From NCBI GenBank assembly GCA_963796275.1, contig CAWCKY010000001.1, forward strand, positions 256,001 through 320,000: a stretch of 64,000 nt of DNA, given 5' to 3'. Position numbers and translations under genes: made by a program. Position 1 is the stretch's first letter. Every line of letters starts with the position of its first letter. Below, in pieces: positions 12,215 through 23,357 of the stretch. This DNA comes from an uncultured Acidobacteriota bacterium (GTDB lineage: Bacteria > Acidobacteriota > Blastocatellia > RBC074). The notes below the pieces were generated by a model. That model ran no database searches. It was not told where the DNA came from and saw nothing but the letters and a program-made list of their open reading frames with translations.

Positions 12215-12670
12215 ATGACATTCCTGGATCGGATCAACGGCGACCTGGTGGCCGCAATGAAGAATAAAGAGGCCGAGCGCCTCTCGACCCTGCGCATGGT
12301 GAAGACCGCCATCAAGAACCGCGAGATAGAGAAGATGTCGCCAATCAGCGACGAAGAGGCGATCAAGATATTGCAGTCGCTCGTCAAGCAGCGGCGCGAT
12401 AGCATTGAGCAATATAAACAGGGCGGTCGCCCGGAACTCGCCGAAAAGGAAGCGGTCGAGATCAAAATCATTGAAGAGTATCTACCCGCCGCCTTAGACG
12501 AAGCTGCGATCATCAAAATCGTCGAGGAAGCTATCGTTCAGACCGGCGCCAGCTCGATGAAAGACATGGGAAACGTCATGAAAGACGTCATGGCCAGGCT
12601 CGCCGGGCAAACCGTCGACGGTAAAGCAGTCAATCAAATCGTCAAGTCGAAGCTGGGAGATGCCGGCTGA
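12215..12670 (+). CDS. yqeY: GatB/YqeY domain protein
   Basis: [19 protein letters not shown]...[22 protein letters not shown]...YLP...KDMGNVMK. Confidence 0.95.
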   Translation: MTFLDRINGDLVAAMKNKEAERLSTLRMVKTAIKNREIEKMSPISDEEAIKILQSLVKQRRDSIEQYKQGGRPELAEKEAVEIKIIEEYLPAALDEAAIIKIVEEAIVQTGASSMKDMGNVMKDVMARLAGQTVDGKAVNQIVKSKLGDAG

Positions 12671-12854
12671 TGCGGAACAAAGATTTCCATAGCGTCGTAA
12701 GCCGATCTGTAAGGCAGCGTTATTTTATCAATTTGCCGAAAAACCGCTGCTCTCTGTTTGACGGCAGGGTGCAACGAGATTGATTGTGATGATCGGGGTT
12801 GAAATATGATGATTTGCGAATAGCCGATCGAACTTTAGGAGACAAATAACTGCG

Positions 12855-13025
12855 ATGAAAACTTTCCTGCTAGCCGCGTATGCGATTCTCAGCCTCTATG
12901 CGATCTCTGACGTGCTGAAATCGTCGCGCGACTGGGCAACCAAGGTTGTATTGGTGGCTATCATTTTAATCCCGTTCGTCGGCGCCGGCCTCTATCTATT
13001 CGCCTTCCGAGATAAGGGTTACTAA
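12855..13025 (+). CDS. Small 56-aa two-TM membrane protein, PLDc_N-like (not in ORF track)
   Basis: MKTFLLAAYAILSLYAISDVLKSSRDWATKVVLVAIILIPFVGAGLYLFAFRDKGY; AGGAGA upstream; K..(W)...I...P..G...YL pattern. Confidence 0.8.
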   Translation: MKTFLLAAYAILSLYAISDVLKSSRDWATKVVLVAIILIPFVGAGLYLFAFRDKGY

Positions 13026-13380
13026 CGAGAACAAAATTCACCTCAAAAATTATTAACCGGTAAAAACTATAAACTTAAATCGCGAATTTGTACTTTATTT
13101 GTCCGGTTTATGATTTGCGGTGGATTTTGCTCTGAGTCGCTTAATTTATTGAGTTGTCATGGGGGCTTGCGCTTGGTATGTTATCCGAAGTAAATTTAGT
13201 AAGAATAATTCTCACCCCCGCGTCATTTCCCCTTGCCTAGTTGCTCCAACCAACAATGCGCATTCATACATTTATGGAGGCGTTAATGGTTTGGATTTCG
13301 ATGGGGGAATCAATAATAAACACGAGGACACTGTAGCCACACGGCGTGGATATTATTCTGCGCTGCGAAGGAGAAACCAA

Positions 13381-14133
13381 ATGAGCAACATTTCCAGACG
13401 CAAAGCGATTGAAACCATGACTCTCGGCAGCGTTGCGCTGCCGTTTGCCAGCCTGGTGACGGGTGAAGCCCAGACCCCGCCGGCTGCGGCCCAATCCAAT
13501 CAGATCAAGGCTTTTGCGGGCCAACATCAACCGAAGCCGCTGCCCTTCAATCCGGCGAAGCTCAATGGCCTCTCTGAGAGGTTGATCAAATCACATTGGG
13601 AGAATAACTACGGCGGGACGGTTAAAGCGCTCAACACGGTTGAGCTGAAGCTGGCAACGATGGTGAACGATAAGGACCTCCCGGCATATATGTATGGCGA
13701 TTTGAAACGCGAGGAGTTGATCCGCACCGGGTCGGTTATTATGCACGATCTCTATTTCGGCAACCTCGGCGGTGAGGGCAAACCGGGTAGCGAAATCCTG
13801 TTTGCGATCAGGCAGACCTGGGGCAGCTTTGAACAATGGGAAGTGGAATTCAAAAAGACGGGAAATGCGCTCGCCGGCGGATCGGGATGGGTCACTCTCG
13901 GGTATAACTTCCACACCGGCGTATTGCACAATTACTGGGGCTGGGATCATATGCATAACGCCCCGTTCAGCTGCCCGCTGCTAGTCATGGATATGTACGA
14001 ACATGCCTATGCTATCGATTTTGGCGCGGCCGCCGCAAAATACGTCGATGGCTTTATGCTCAACGCTGATTGGGAAGAAGTCAATCGCCGGTATAAGCGA
14101 GTGATGAAGGCGACCCAGGAATTGACCGTCTAA
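13381..14133 (+). CDS. Fe/Mn superoxide dismutase with Tat-type signal peptide (ChrC-like subgroup)
   Basis: SRRKAI twin-arginine leader; [25 protein letters not shown]; AAGGAG SD. Confidence 0.9.
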   Translation: MSNISRRKAIETMTLGSVALPFASLVTGEAQTPPAAAQSNQIKAFAGQHQPKPLPFNPAKLNGLSERLIKSHWENNYGGTVKALNTVELKLATMVNDKDLPAYMYGDLKREELIRTGSVIMHDLYFGNLGGEGKPGSEILFAIRQTWGSFEQWEVEFKKTGNALAGGSGWVTLGYNFHTGVLHNYWGWDHMHNAPFSCPLLVMDMYEHAYAIDFGAAAAKYVDGFMLNADWEEVNRRYKRVMKATQELTV

Positions 14134-14209
14134 CTGGGGGTAATACCGGATACTAGGAAGCCTCATAATAACAGCGCTGAAATTATTACTATTATCTTCA
14201 CCAACCGTC

Positions 14210-14248
14210 GGGACGCCGTCTGCTATTTACTTGCGTCAACGGCGTCCC
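14210..14248 (+). terminator. Hairpin downstream of SOD
   Basis: GGGACGCCGT ... ACGGCGTCCC inverted repeat. Confidence 0.5.
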
Positions 14249-14417
14249 AGCGGTTTTCTGTCAAATTGCACCCAACTTTATAAGCTGCTGTCTTTTCTAA
14301 CCTTTTTACGCCTGCCTCTTGTCAGCCATACAGATTGAAGCTCGGCCTCTATAGGATGTACTGGACTCCGTATCCGTGCGGGGGAGAGAATAAGAGCACT
14401 GAAAGAGGAACAAAACC

Positions 14418-15440
14418 ATGCATGTATCAACGAAATCCGTTGGGGTTTCTCGTTTCGCTATTCATCGATCGGTCTCGCAATCGAATCCCGACAGGTTTGC
14501 CTATGATGTCCGGCTCGGATTGTCCAAAGAGCCGAAATCTTTAGCGCCCAAATATTTCTACGACGCGCTCGGGTCGCAGCTATTCGAGGCGATCTGCCTC
14601 CTGCCCGAATATTATCTTACGCGCGCCGAGGCCGAAATTTTCCAATCTCATGCGATGGAGATCATCGCGCCGATGTATGCCGCGCTTCCCACGTTTGGCT
14701 CGGTTGGTATCGTCGAACTGGGGAGCGGCAGTTCGGTCAAGACAAGGCTATTGATCGAAGCGATCAGGGCGCGGCAAGATCGATTGCATTACCGCCCGAT
14801 TGATATTTCGGCGACGATCCTCGAACAGAGCGCGAGTAAATTGCTGGGAGATTACCCGGATTTATATATCACGGGCCATGTCAGCGATTACACGCAGGGC
14901 TTGAGCTCCATAGTCAGGCGCGATGGCGAGAGGATTTTGGTACTCTTCCTCGGCTCCAACATCGGCAATTACACCCCGGATGAAGGCCGGGCGCTTCTCG
15001 TTCAGATTCGCCGCGCCCTACGTCCTGGCGATGGATTACTGCTCGGAGCCGATTTGAGGAAATCTCCCGGCATTATCGAGCCGGCATACAATGACGCCCT
15101 GGGAGTGACGGCGGCTTTCAATCTGAACCTTTTATTACGCATGAATCGCGAGCTGGATGCGAATTTCGCCCCAGATCGCTTTCAACATCACGCGTATTAC
15201 AACGAACGCGAAGGGCGGGTTGAGATCTTCATCCGAAGTCGCGTCTGGCAGAAAGTCGAGATCAACAAAATCGGATTGCAGCTGGAGTTTCGCGAAGGGG
15301 AGTTGATCCATACCGAAAACTCGTATAAATACGATCCGGAGCAGCTTGAAGCGTTGGCTCGGGAGACGGGCTTTAAATCACAACGGACCTGGCTCGATTC
15401 GGAGAAGCGATTCAGCTGCAATTTCTGGGCTGCCGATTGA
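14418..15440 (+). CDS. egtD: L-histidine N-alpha-methyltransferase (EgtD family)
   Basis: [28 protein letters not shown]; [11 protein letters not shown]; FLGSNIGN; [15 protein letters not shown]; IHTENSYKY. Confidence 0.93.
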   Translation: MHVSTKSVGVSRFAIHRSVSQSNPDRFAYDVRLGLSKEPKSLAPKYFYDALGSQLFEAICLLPEYYLTRAEAEIFQSHAMEIIAPMYAALPTFGSVGIVELGSGSSVKTRLLIEAIRARQDRLHYRPIDISATILEQSASKLLGDYPDLYITGHVSDYTQGLSSIVRRDGERILVLFLGSNIGNYTPDEGRALLVQIRRALRPGDGLLLGADLRKSPGIIEPAYNDALGVTAAFNLNLLLRMNRELDANFAPDRFQHHAYYNEREGRVEIFIRSRVWQKVEINKIGLQLEFREGELIHTENSYKYDPEQLEALARETGFKSQRTWLDSEKRFSCNFWAAD

Positions 15441-15449
15441 TCCGATACC

Positions 15450-16124
15450 GTGCTGATTTCTATCATCATTCCCACCCTGAACGAGAGGACCACCATGCGC
15501 GATGCGGCGGTCTCGCTCGCCGGCCTGTCCGGCGAATTCGAGGTCATCGTCGTCGATGGTGGCAGCGATGATGGAACAGTCGATATCGCTGTTGAATGCG
15601 GTTTGACGATAATCGACGCACCACGCGGGCGCGGCCATCAGATGAATGCCGGCGCGGCTCGGGCGAAAGGCGATGTATTGGTTTTTCTGCATGCCGATAC
15701 GCGATTGCCCGCGAACGCCCTGCTTTATATCGAAAAGGCGTGTGAGGATAAGCGGGTTTGCGGCGGCAATTTCCGCCTGAGATTCGATGGCGACACGATC
15801 AGCGCCCGGGCGTTGAGTCTGCTCTATCCTTTTTTGCGATTGGGAGGCATGTGTTATGGCGATTCGGCTCTCTTTGTGCGGCGCGCAATCTTCGAGAAGT
15901 CCGGGGGATATCGCAATTATCCGATTTTCGAAGATTGCGATCTCTATCGCCGGATGAAGCGAATGGGTAGATTCGTGCGGTTGCCCGCAGAGGCGGCGAC
16001 CTCATCGCGTCGATTCGAGGGCCGGTTCGTCCGCACCTTCGCGTTCTGGTCCGTACTTCAGATTCTCTACTGGCTGGGGGTCGATCCGGTAGTGCTCGGG
16101 AGACTTTATAAGCCTGTTCGTTAG
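15450..16124 (+). CDS. GT2 glycosyltransferase, TIGR04283-like (rSAM/selenodomain-associated, arsenosugar-type)
   Basis: [54 protein letters not shown]. Confidence 0.85.
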   Translation: MLISIIIPTLNERTTMRDAAVSLAGLSGEFEVIVVDGGSDDGTVDIAVECGLTIIDAPRGRGHQMNAGAARAKGDVLVFLHADTRLPANALLYIEKACEDKRVCGGNFRLRFDGDTISARALSLLYPFLRLGGMCYGDSALFVRRAIFEKSGGYRNYPIFEDCDLYRRMKRMGRFVRLPAEAATSSRRFEGRFVRTFAFWSVLQILYWLGVDPVVLGRLYKPVR

Positions 16125-16189
16125 CTGTGAGTCAAAGATTTTCAGCTTATCATCTCATCTCTCGCACATTTCTAGATATCGGCGTCAAG

Positions 16190-16780
16190 TTAAAGACGCG
16201 GCGTGACCAATCCGACTTGGTCCTGATATTTACCTGAGCGGTCTCCGTAGGATACCTCGCAATCCTCGTCAGACTCGAAGAAGGTCACTTGAGCGATGCC
16301 TTCGTTGGCGTAAATACGGATCGGCAGATCGGCGGAGTTGGAAAATTCGAGCACCAGCCGCCCGCGCCAGCCTGGTTCGAGCGGCGTCGTATTCACAATC
16401 AATCCGCTGCGCGCATAAGTGCTCTTCCCGACACAAAGCCCTATCACTCTTCGCGGCATATTGAATGTCTCCACCGTCACCCCGAGCGCATATGAATGGG
16501 GAGGTAGGAGCCAGTACTGTGATCCGTCCTCGGTTACCCGCAGCGGCGATTCGACAAGGGAATTCTCATCGAAGTTTTTGGGATCGATCTCTGCGCTCGC
16601 GATCGGGGAAAATACCCGAAATCCATCCTGGGCGAGCCGCATATCATAACCATAGGAAGATATTCCCGATGATATGATTCTCCTGCCCTCGACTTCGCGC
16701 ACCAGCCTCTCCTGAAACGGCGTGATCATCCCCTGCTCACGGCACATCCCCAATATCCACCGGTCAGATTTAACGCTCAT
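16190..16780 (-). CDS. dcd: dCTP deaminase
   Basis: SSYGYDMRL, VGKSTYARSG, TPLEPGWRG, YANEGIAQ, GKYQDQ. Confidence 0.96.
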   Translation of the reverse strand: MSVKSDRWILGMCREQGMITPFQERLVREVEGRRIISSGISSYGYDMRLAQDGFRVFSPIASAEIDPKNFDENSLVESPLRVTEDGSQYWLLPPHSYALGVTVETFNMPRRVIGLCVGKSTYARSGLIVNTTPLEPGWRGRLVLEFSNSADLPIRIYANEGIAQVTFFESDEDCEVSYGDRSGKYQDQVGLVTPRL

Positions 16781-16872
16781 TAATTTAGCCCTTCCTAAAA
16801 TAAAATTGTCAGTATTCGGGGGTACATTACGTGATCTCGATCAGCGACTGAAACTGGAATCTGGAAACAATC

Positions 16873-16901
16873 TTGACACTCCAGAAGTGCGTTTCTATAA
16901 T
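16873..16901 (+). promoter_or_regulatory. Perfect consensus sigma70 promoter of the HU/IHF gene
   Basis: TTGACA-17 nt-TATAAT. Confidence 0.85.
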
Positions 16902-16990
16902 TCGCCCTGATTTAGCATAGTAACCTCAAATCAACGAAACAGATAAATGTGATATAGCGAAGTTCTTCCTTAATTGGAAGGGGAGGTAAT

Positions 16991-17254
16991 GTGATTAAAC
17001 TAGACATCATTAACAATGTCGCGGAAAAGACCGGTGTTCCGAAAATGAAAGCGGAAGTTGCGGTTGAGGCTCTCTTTGAAGCTATGAAGGATGCGATGAA
17101 GCGAGGGGAGCGCATCGAGTTGCGCGGCTTCGGCGTTTTCGTAGTAAAACCTCGTAAACGCGGCATTGGGCGCAACCCGCGCACTGGGACTCAGGTAGCG
17201 ATACCTGAAGGCAAGACGATTCGCTTCAAACCCGGAAAAGAACTGCAATCATAA
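16991..17254 (+). CDS. HU/IHF family DNA-binding protein
   Basis: GERIELRGFGVFVVKPRKRGIGRNPRTG...FKPGKEL; GGAGGT SD, GTG start. Confidence 0.95.
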   Translation: MIKLDIINNVAEKTGVPKMKAEVAVEALFEAMKDAMKRGERIELRGFGVFVVKPRKRGIGRNPRTGTQVAIPEGKTIRFKPGKELQS

Positions 17255-17290
17255 TTTTCTAGCTCACACTTTCACTCTTTGACTCTACCG

Positions 17291-17325
17291 GCGGCTCCCG
17301 ATGGTCCGGAGCCGCTATTTTTTTT
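17291..17325 (+). terminator. Rho-independent terminator
   Basis: GCGGCTCC-cgatggtcc-GGAGCCGC followed by a T8 tract. Confidence 0.85.
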
Positions 17326-17371
17326 GTCTGTGCAGTTGCAGGCAGGGTGGAATCAAAAGCAAGAAGCGGTA

Positions 17372-17404
17372 AAAGCGACAAAAATTCCAAGCTTTTTGTC
17401 GCTT
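17372..17404. terminator. Strong hairpin, terminator-like on the minus strand
   Basis: AAGCGACAAAAA-ttccaagc-TTTTTGTCGCTT. Confidence 0.6.
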
Positions 17405-17612
17405 CATACCGCGTCTCTCTTTTAACTTTTTCCGTCTTTTGGCTTATTTCTTGGCTACCCGCCGGCATAGGGGCGGCTAGAGATCATCCCAGCAAAGCTC
17501 TTAATCCCAAATCTAGAGAATCGGCTCTCCTTCCCTCCTTCTCCTGCGCTTTCGCACTAAACCAGATAAGGAGACATACCGATCACATACGTTAATCGCG
17601 AAAGCTGAGTAT

Positions 17613-17678
17613 ATTATGGTGACCGAGTTGCCATTTGTCCAACTCATTGTTCTAATCCATCCAATCAATTATGCTAAT
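17613..17678 (-). promoter_or_regulatory. Putative divergent promoter with a LysR T-N11-A box
   Basis: Minus-strand CATAAT (17613-18) and TTGGAC (17637-42); ATCaattatgctaAT box at about -65. Confidence 0.45.
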
Positions 17679-17725
17679 GGCTTGTATGTCGATATCAAGG
17701 CAGGAGACCTGAGGGGGGGTAAAAA

Positions 17726-18655
17726 ATGGAAATGTCGCAACTGCGCACATTCAGGGCAGTGGCTGAGACGCTCAATTTCACGCGAGCGGCGGAACGGCTG
17801 AATTTGACGCAATCGGCCGTCAGTCATCAGATCAAAGCGCTCGAAGAAGAGCTAGGTGAGCCGCTCTTCATACGCGCCAAGCGCGGAGTAAAATTATCGC
17901 AGGCAGGCAAGACAGCTCTCGAGTATGTAGAGCGGATACTCGACGGCGCCGAGGAATTAAGGGAGAGAATATCCGGCCGCGAGCGTTACCCGATAGGCCG
18001 TGTGCGGGTGGCGGCAGCCACACAGGCTCTCGTGCATTTATTTGCGCCGCTTTTCGAATCGTTTATGGATTCGCATCACGGCATCGATCTTTCATTTAGA
18101 ACCACGGTCAGCACCGAGCAGACAGTCGCCGATATATTGAACGGAGCTGCTGATGTCGGGTTCGCATCATTAGCGGTCTACTCGCCGAATTTGCAGGTGA
18201 CCAAGCTTTTTGATGACGAACTGGTTTTGGTGGTGAGCACGGACCACCGGCTGGCGAAGAAGCGCGCGGCAACGATCGAAGAGATTCATCAGGAGAAACT
18301 GATTCTATTCGAACGCGGGGCATCTATTCGCCGCGCGACCGATCAGTTCTTCGATCAGATCGGAGTGCGGCCCGGTCTGGCGCTCGAATCGAATGACACA
18401 TATTTCATCAAGCGGATGATCGAGCGTGGTCTTGGGGCTTCGCTGCTGCCGAGTTGGGCGATCCGGGATGAAGTGCAGGCCGGCAAGCTGGCTCAGCTGC
18501 AGATCACTGGCCATCGCCTGCGCCGATCGGTCTCAATGGTTTCGCTCGGGCGCTTTCAGCCTTCACCGACGAGGGCATTTATCGATTTTATCTTGCGCCA
18601 AAAAGACAGGCTGCAAATGATGGCCGATGGCGAGAAGCGACTGAAATCTGCTTGA
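17726..18655 (+). CDS. LysR family transcriptional regulator
   Basis: QLRTFRAVAETLNFTRAAERLNLTQSAVSHQIKALEEELG HTH plus substrate-binding domain. Confidence 0.97.
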   Translation: MEMSQLRTFRAVAETLNFTRAAERLNLTQSAVSHQIKALEEELGEPLFIRAKRGVKLSQAGKTALEYVERILDGAEELRERISGRERYPIGRVRVAAATQALVHLFAPLFESFMDSHHGIDLSFRTTVSTEQTVADILNGAADVGFASLAVYSPNLQVTKLFDDELVLVVSTDHRLAKKRAATIEEIHQEKLILFERGASIRRATDQFFDQIGVRPGLALESNDTYFIKRMIERGLGASLLPSWAIRDEVQAGKLAQLQITGHRLRRSVSMVSLGRFQPSPTRAFIDFILRQKDRLQMMADGEKRLKSA

Positions 18656-18703
18656 GAAGGCTGGACTTAACAAGCTCAAATCTTAAATTTGAGATTTAAC
18701 GTA

Positions 18704-19156
18704 ATGAGAATCATGGCGATCGATTACGGGTCTAAAGCGATCGGAATTGCCATTTCTGATGAATTGCAATTAACCGTGCGCCCGTTAACGACGATCAGGC
18801 GCAGCCGCAAAAAATATACGCGCGTGATCGAGGAAATCTGCTCACTGGCCGGCGCAAACGAAATCGGCGTATTGGCTGTGGGCTTACCCCTCAATATGGA
18901 TGGGACTCGCGGCGAGGCGGCCGCCCGCGTCGAAAAGTTCATTGGCGACTTGCAAATTCGCCTTGCCATCCCCATTGTTATGGTCGATGAAAGGCTAACC
19001 TCATATGAAGCAGACCGGATATTACGCGACCGGGGTGTGAGAGAACGGCGCGCACGGTCTGATGAATACGCTGCTGCTATCATCCTGCAAGATTATCTGG
19101 ATCAGGAAGAGCGCAGGCATAAAACTGAGAGCGCACCATCTCAGTCCTCACAATAA
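18704..19156 (+). CDS. ruvX: Holliday junction resolvase-like / pre-16S rRNA nuclease RuvX (YqgF)
   Basis: MAIDYGSKAIGIAISD, VGLPLNMDG, DERLTS, AAAIILQDYL. Confidence 0.95.
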   Translation: MRIMAIDYGSKAIGIAISDELQLTVRPLTTIRRSRKKYTRVIEEICSLAGANEIGVLAVGLPLNMDGTRGEAAARVEKFIGDLQIRLAIPIVMVDERLTSYEADRILRDRGVRERRARSDEYAAAIILQDYLDQEERRHKTESAPSQSSQ

Positions 19157-19165
19157 ATTTATAAA

Positions 19166-20254
19166 ATGAATAAGATTCCACGAAAAAAGTCCTGGCTGGG
19201 CTTGGCATTCAGAACATTACTCGTTCTCTTTACCTTTCTATTCATATCGACGGTCGCGGGCTGGTTTTGGTTGAGCCAGGAGATCGATCGCCCGCACACT
19301 CACGAGGCGGCAGACAGGACGATCACGATCGAACAGGGGACCGGAACGGGCGCTATTACCGAACGTCTCAATAAAGAGGGAATTCTGGCGAGCCCCTGGC
19401 CCACTCGTATATGGCTGCGAACGATCGCACGCAATCAGAGTTTCAAGGCGGGGGAATATGAATTCAAATCGCCCATTTCCCCCCGCCAGGTCATAGATAT
19501 TCTGGTGCGAGCCGTCATCGCAACGCGCGAGTACACGATACCCGAAGGCTACAACCAATATGACATAGCGCGGGTGCTTGCGGGACTGACGGCAATAAGA
19601 CAGCAGGAATCGAGTCCGGAAAAGGTCTTGCGATTGTTCAAGAAGACGAGTCTCGTCGCCGATATCGATCCGGAAGCTCAGACGCTCGAAGGCTATCTAT
19701 TCCCGGATACCTATGAATATTCGCCCAACACTACGCGCGAGCAGCAGGTTGATGCGATGGTCAAGCGGTTCCGTAAAGTATATACGCCAGAGATGCAAAA
19801 ACGGGCCAAGGAACTGGGGATGACATCGCGTCAGGTCATCACGCTTGCCTCGCTCATCGAAAAAGAGGCGAGGGTCGACAGTGAACGCGAGCTCATCTCA
19901 TCGGTCTTCCACCGGCGCTTGAAGCTGGGAGCCCCGCTGGCTTGCGATCCGACGTTGATCTATGCAGCGTTGCTCGAGAATAAATATCGGGGAAAGATTT
20001 ACAGGAGCGATCTCGAGCGCAAGTCTCCATACAACACATACAAGAACGCCGGGCTGCCTCCCGGCCCGATAGCCTCGCCGGGGCGTCGCTCGATCCAGGC
20101 TGCGCTCTTCCCGGCCGATACGGACTATCTATTCTTCGTCGTCGATGTCACAAAGAACGACGGCTCGCATAAGTTTTCATCCAGCTCGAGAGATCACGAT
20201 GCGGCGGTCAAGCGTCTGCGGGAACAGGAACGCGAGCAGAGTTCACAGCGCTGA
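19166..20254 (+). CDS. mltG: Endolytic transglycosylase MltG
   Basis: N-terminal TM; TIPEG; LEGYLFPDTY; LASLIEKE; SPYNTY..GLPPGPIASPG. Confidence 0.96.
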   Translation: MNKIPRKKSWLGLAFRTLLVLFTFLFISTVAGWFWLSQEIDRPHTHEAADRTITIEQGTGTGAITERLNKEGILASPWPTRIWLRTIARNQSFKAGEYEFKSPISPRQVIDILVRAVIATREYTIPEGYNQYDIARVLAGLTAIRQQESSPEKVLRLFKKTSLVADIDPEAQTLEGYLFPDTYEYSPNTTREQQVDAMVKRFRKVYTPEMQKRAKELGMTSRQVITLASLIEKEARVDSERELISSVFHRRLKLGAPLACDPTLIYAALLENKYRGKIYRSDLERKSPYNTYKNAGLPPGPIASPGRRSIQAALFPADTDYLFFVVDVTKNDGSHKFSSSSRDHDAAVKRLREQEREQSSQR

Positions 20255-20406
20255 ATCGGCTTTGCATGATCGAGGAAATATCCTCACGCGAAGTCGCAAA
20301 ATAGAAGAGAAGGGCAAAGAGGATTTATCGATATCTTCATCTTTGCCACTTCTCTTCTTTTTCTTTAAGTTTGAGTCTTTGCCGCTTTTTGCGAGGTTCA
20401 TTCGCG

Positions 20407-21417
<1,011 letters not shown>

Positions 21418-21675
21418 ATTAATTGCAAATCGATAATTGAACGTGTAAAAGGGAGACGCAAATCTATACCATCAAACAATTGCCATCAACTGACAAACGT
21501 AGATTAGCAAGTTTCGCCAGGGACAGATCACGCTTGAAAAAAGTCGGTTTGAGGAGATTCGGCGGATTGGAAATGAACAGGAAGATGTGAGGCAGGAAAA
21601 AAGGCGCTTTTAACCGCCTCACACGTTCCTCTTTAAAAATCGGAAAGACTGTCAATGATATCTTTAGATAATGAT

Positions 21676-22332
21676 TTAGAAACGGAACCCGAAACCGACA
21701 TTTAGTTGCAGGTTGTTGGAATTTATCCCATTAGAGACGCCTCCATCATTGCTCGGGAATAAACCTTTGAGGCGAATTATCGTATCGCCCAGGTCGAAAC
21801 GAACCATGGTGTTTCGCGATGGATAATATTCGAGCACACCGCCAATATCCATTGCGAAGGAGGTGTAGCCCCCGGCAATCTGGGAAAGCGGGTTCGGATT
21901 AAGATTGCCGTTGGGTAGAAATGCATCGATTCCGCCTTGCCCGGATCCGTTGAAACGCATAAATCCCGGTCGGAGTTTACCGCCGATCCCAAACTTATCT
22001 CCGCGCAGGAAGGTGTACTTGACCCCGAACAGCCCCTGTGTGCGGCTCTGACTATAATTCAAATCAGAGGTGCCTCCTCCGAGTGTCGGGACGGTGACGG
22101 ATAGATTTTTACCGAAATAACTGAATTCGCCCTCGGCGGCAATGGTGCTCGTGAGGTTATATGTAACGCGAAGGCCCATTCCCGGATCGGTCTCCTGTAA
22201 ATCTCGTAGCCTGAGTAAGGAGAATTGCGCGCCGACTTCCAGTTTCGGGATATCCGATTGGGCAAAAGCCAATGCCGTGGCGAATGACATCATGATGGTG
22301 ACAGATAGCATGCGAACGCAGTGTTTCAACAT
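21676..22332 (-). CDS. Outer-membrane beta-barrel protein
   Basis: Signal peptide; alternating beta-strand pattern; C-terminal LNVGFGFRF; GGAGGT SD. Confidence 0.85.
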   Translation of the reverse strand: MLKHCVRMLSVTIMMSFATALAFAQSDIPKLEVGAQFSLLRLRDLQETDPGMGLRVTYNLTSTIAAEGEFSYFGKNLSVTVPTLGGGTSDLNYSQSRTQGLFGVKYTFLRGDKFGIGGKLRPGFMRFNGSGQGGIDAFLPNGNLNPNPLSQIAGGYTSFAMDIGGVLEYYPSRNTMVRFDLGDTIIRLKGLFPSNDGGVSNGINSNNLQLNVGFGFRF

Positions 22333-22670
22333 ATATTAAATTTACCTCCGTGAGGGCGTCTCCGCGCTGATATCTCGACTATCTGGGCAGGGACGCATCG
22401 TTAGTGAAACGAACGTTAATGATGTGAAAAGAACCGCCTATGAAATAAGCTGAACCAGTGAGGGGCATGCGGTTCTTGGGCTAGGGGTGGGGCTCAGCAT
22501 AGCACAACTCTCATGCCACAGCTATGATCATGTCTGCTTTTTAATTATTCCATGAGGAGTCCGCTGTTCGTCGTCCGGGCATTCATGTTAGCTCCGAACC
22601 AGAGCACAGTTGCGGCTATCCCGCCGTGGGTTATAATTTAAGTTCGCATAGATTTGGAGGAAAAGATTAA

Positions 22671-23051
22671 ATGCCAACCCGCGAAGTAATGATCCAGATG
22701 GATTTTTCATCCGCACACGCTCTGCGCGGATATCAGGGCAAGTGTGAAAATACGCACGGACACAATTATAAAGTGGAGGTCTACGTGCGCGGTAATGAGC
22801 TCAACACCATAGGGCTGCTGATCGATTTCAAGGATCTTAAGGCGGCGACCAGAGAAGTGGTTGATTATCTCGATCATAAAAATATCAACGATCTTCCGCC
22901 GTTCGATAAAGAACTCAATCCGTCGGCGGAGGAATTGGCCGGTTATTTCCTGCACGAAGTCGCGAGGCAGATTAACAACGGTCGCGTAGAAGTCTTCAAG
23001 GTGCGCGTGTGGGAGACGGATACTTGTGCGGCGACCTATTCAATCGACTGA
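22671..23051 (+). CDS. queD: 6-carboxytetrahydropterin synthase QueD
   Basis: FSSAHAL..Y.GKCENTHGHNY, IDF..LK, LDH, NPSAEE, VWET. Confidence 0.94.
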   Translation: MPTREVMIQMDFSSAHALRGYQGKCENTHGHNYKVEVYVRGNELNTIGLLIDFKDLKAATREVVDYLDHKNINDLPPFDKELNPSAEELAGYFLHEVARQINNGRVEVFKVRVWETDTCAATYSID

Positions 23052-23080
23052 TCGCTGATTGGTCGAATGGAGTATTACCA

Positions 23081-23332
23081 ATGGCAGACAAAGAGACAGA
23101 CAATAATCCTTTTTGTTTTCTGATCGATTCATTCTGGGCTAGTCTACCTGAAAAGACCGCCGATCAACTGGCAACCTTCAAGAAAGACGTGCTCAAAGCG
23201 ATCAAAGAATCGGTCGACTCGTGCGTTGATCGGGAAATCAGGTGGACTGATCAGCACCTGGAAAACGCCCGTCGGATGCGCGAGCAATACCGGGAGAAGA
23301 GGTCTGAAGGGGCACCGCCGAATCCCGCCTGA
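23081..23332 (+). CDS. Hypothetical 83-aa helical protein
   Basis: Fills the gap between queD and thiO, co-oriented; GGAG upstream of ATG. Confidence 0.65.
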   Translation: MADKETDNNPFCFLIDSFWASLPEKTADQLATFKKDVLKAIKESVDSCVDREIRWTDQHLENARRMREQYREKRSEGAPPNPA

Positions 23333-23357
23333 GTAATTCCGGCTGATCTATCTTTTA

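Noticed and set aside
13159-13380. 74-aa N-terminal extension of the SOD in the ORF track
   Set aside because: The AAGGAG SD and Tat leader place the start at 13381.
15438-15480. Selenocysteine read-through fusing egtD to the glycosyltransferase
   Set aside because: The TGA falls at the normal EgtD C-terminus, no convincing SECIS hairpin follows, and same-frame adjacency has a one-in-three chance. Kept only as a remark.
22500-22520. Sigma54 promoter upstream of the beta-barrel gene
   Set aside because: TGGCATG-N4-TTGT lacks the conserved GC at -12.
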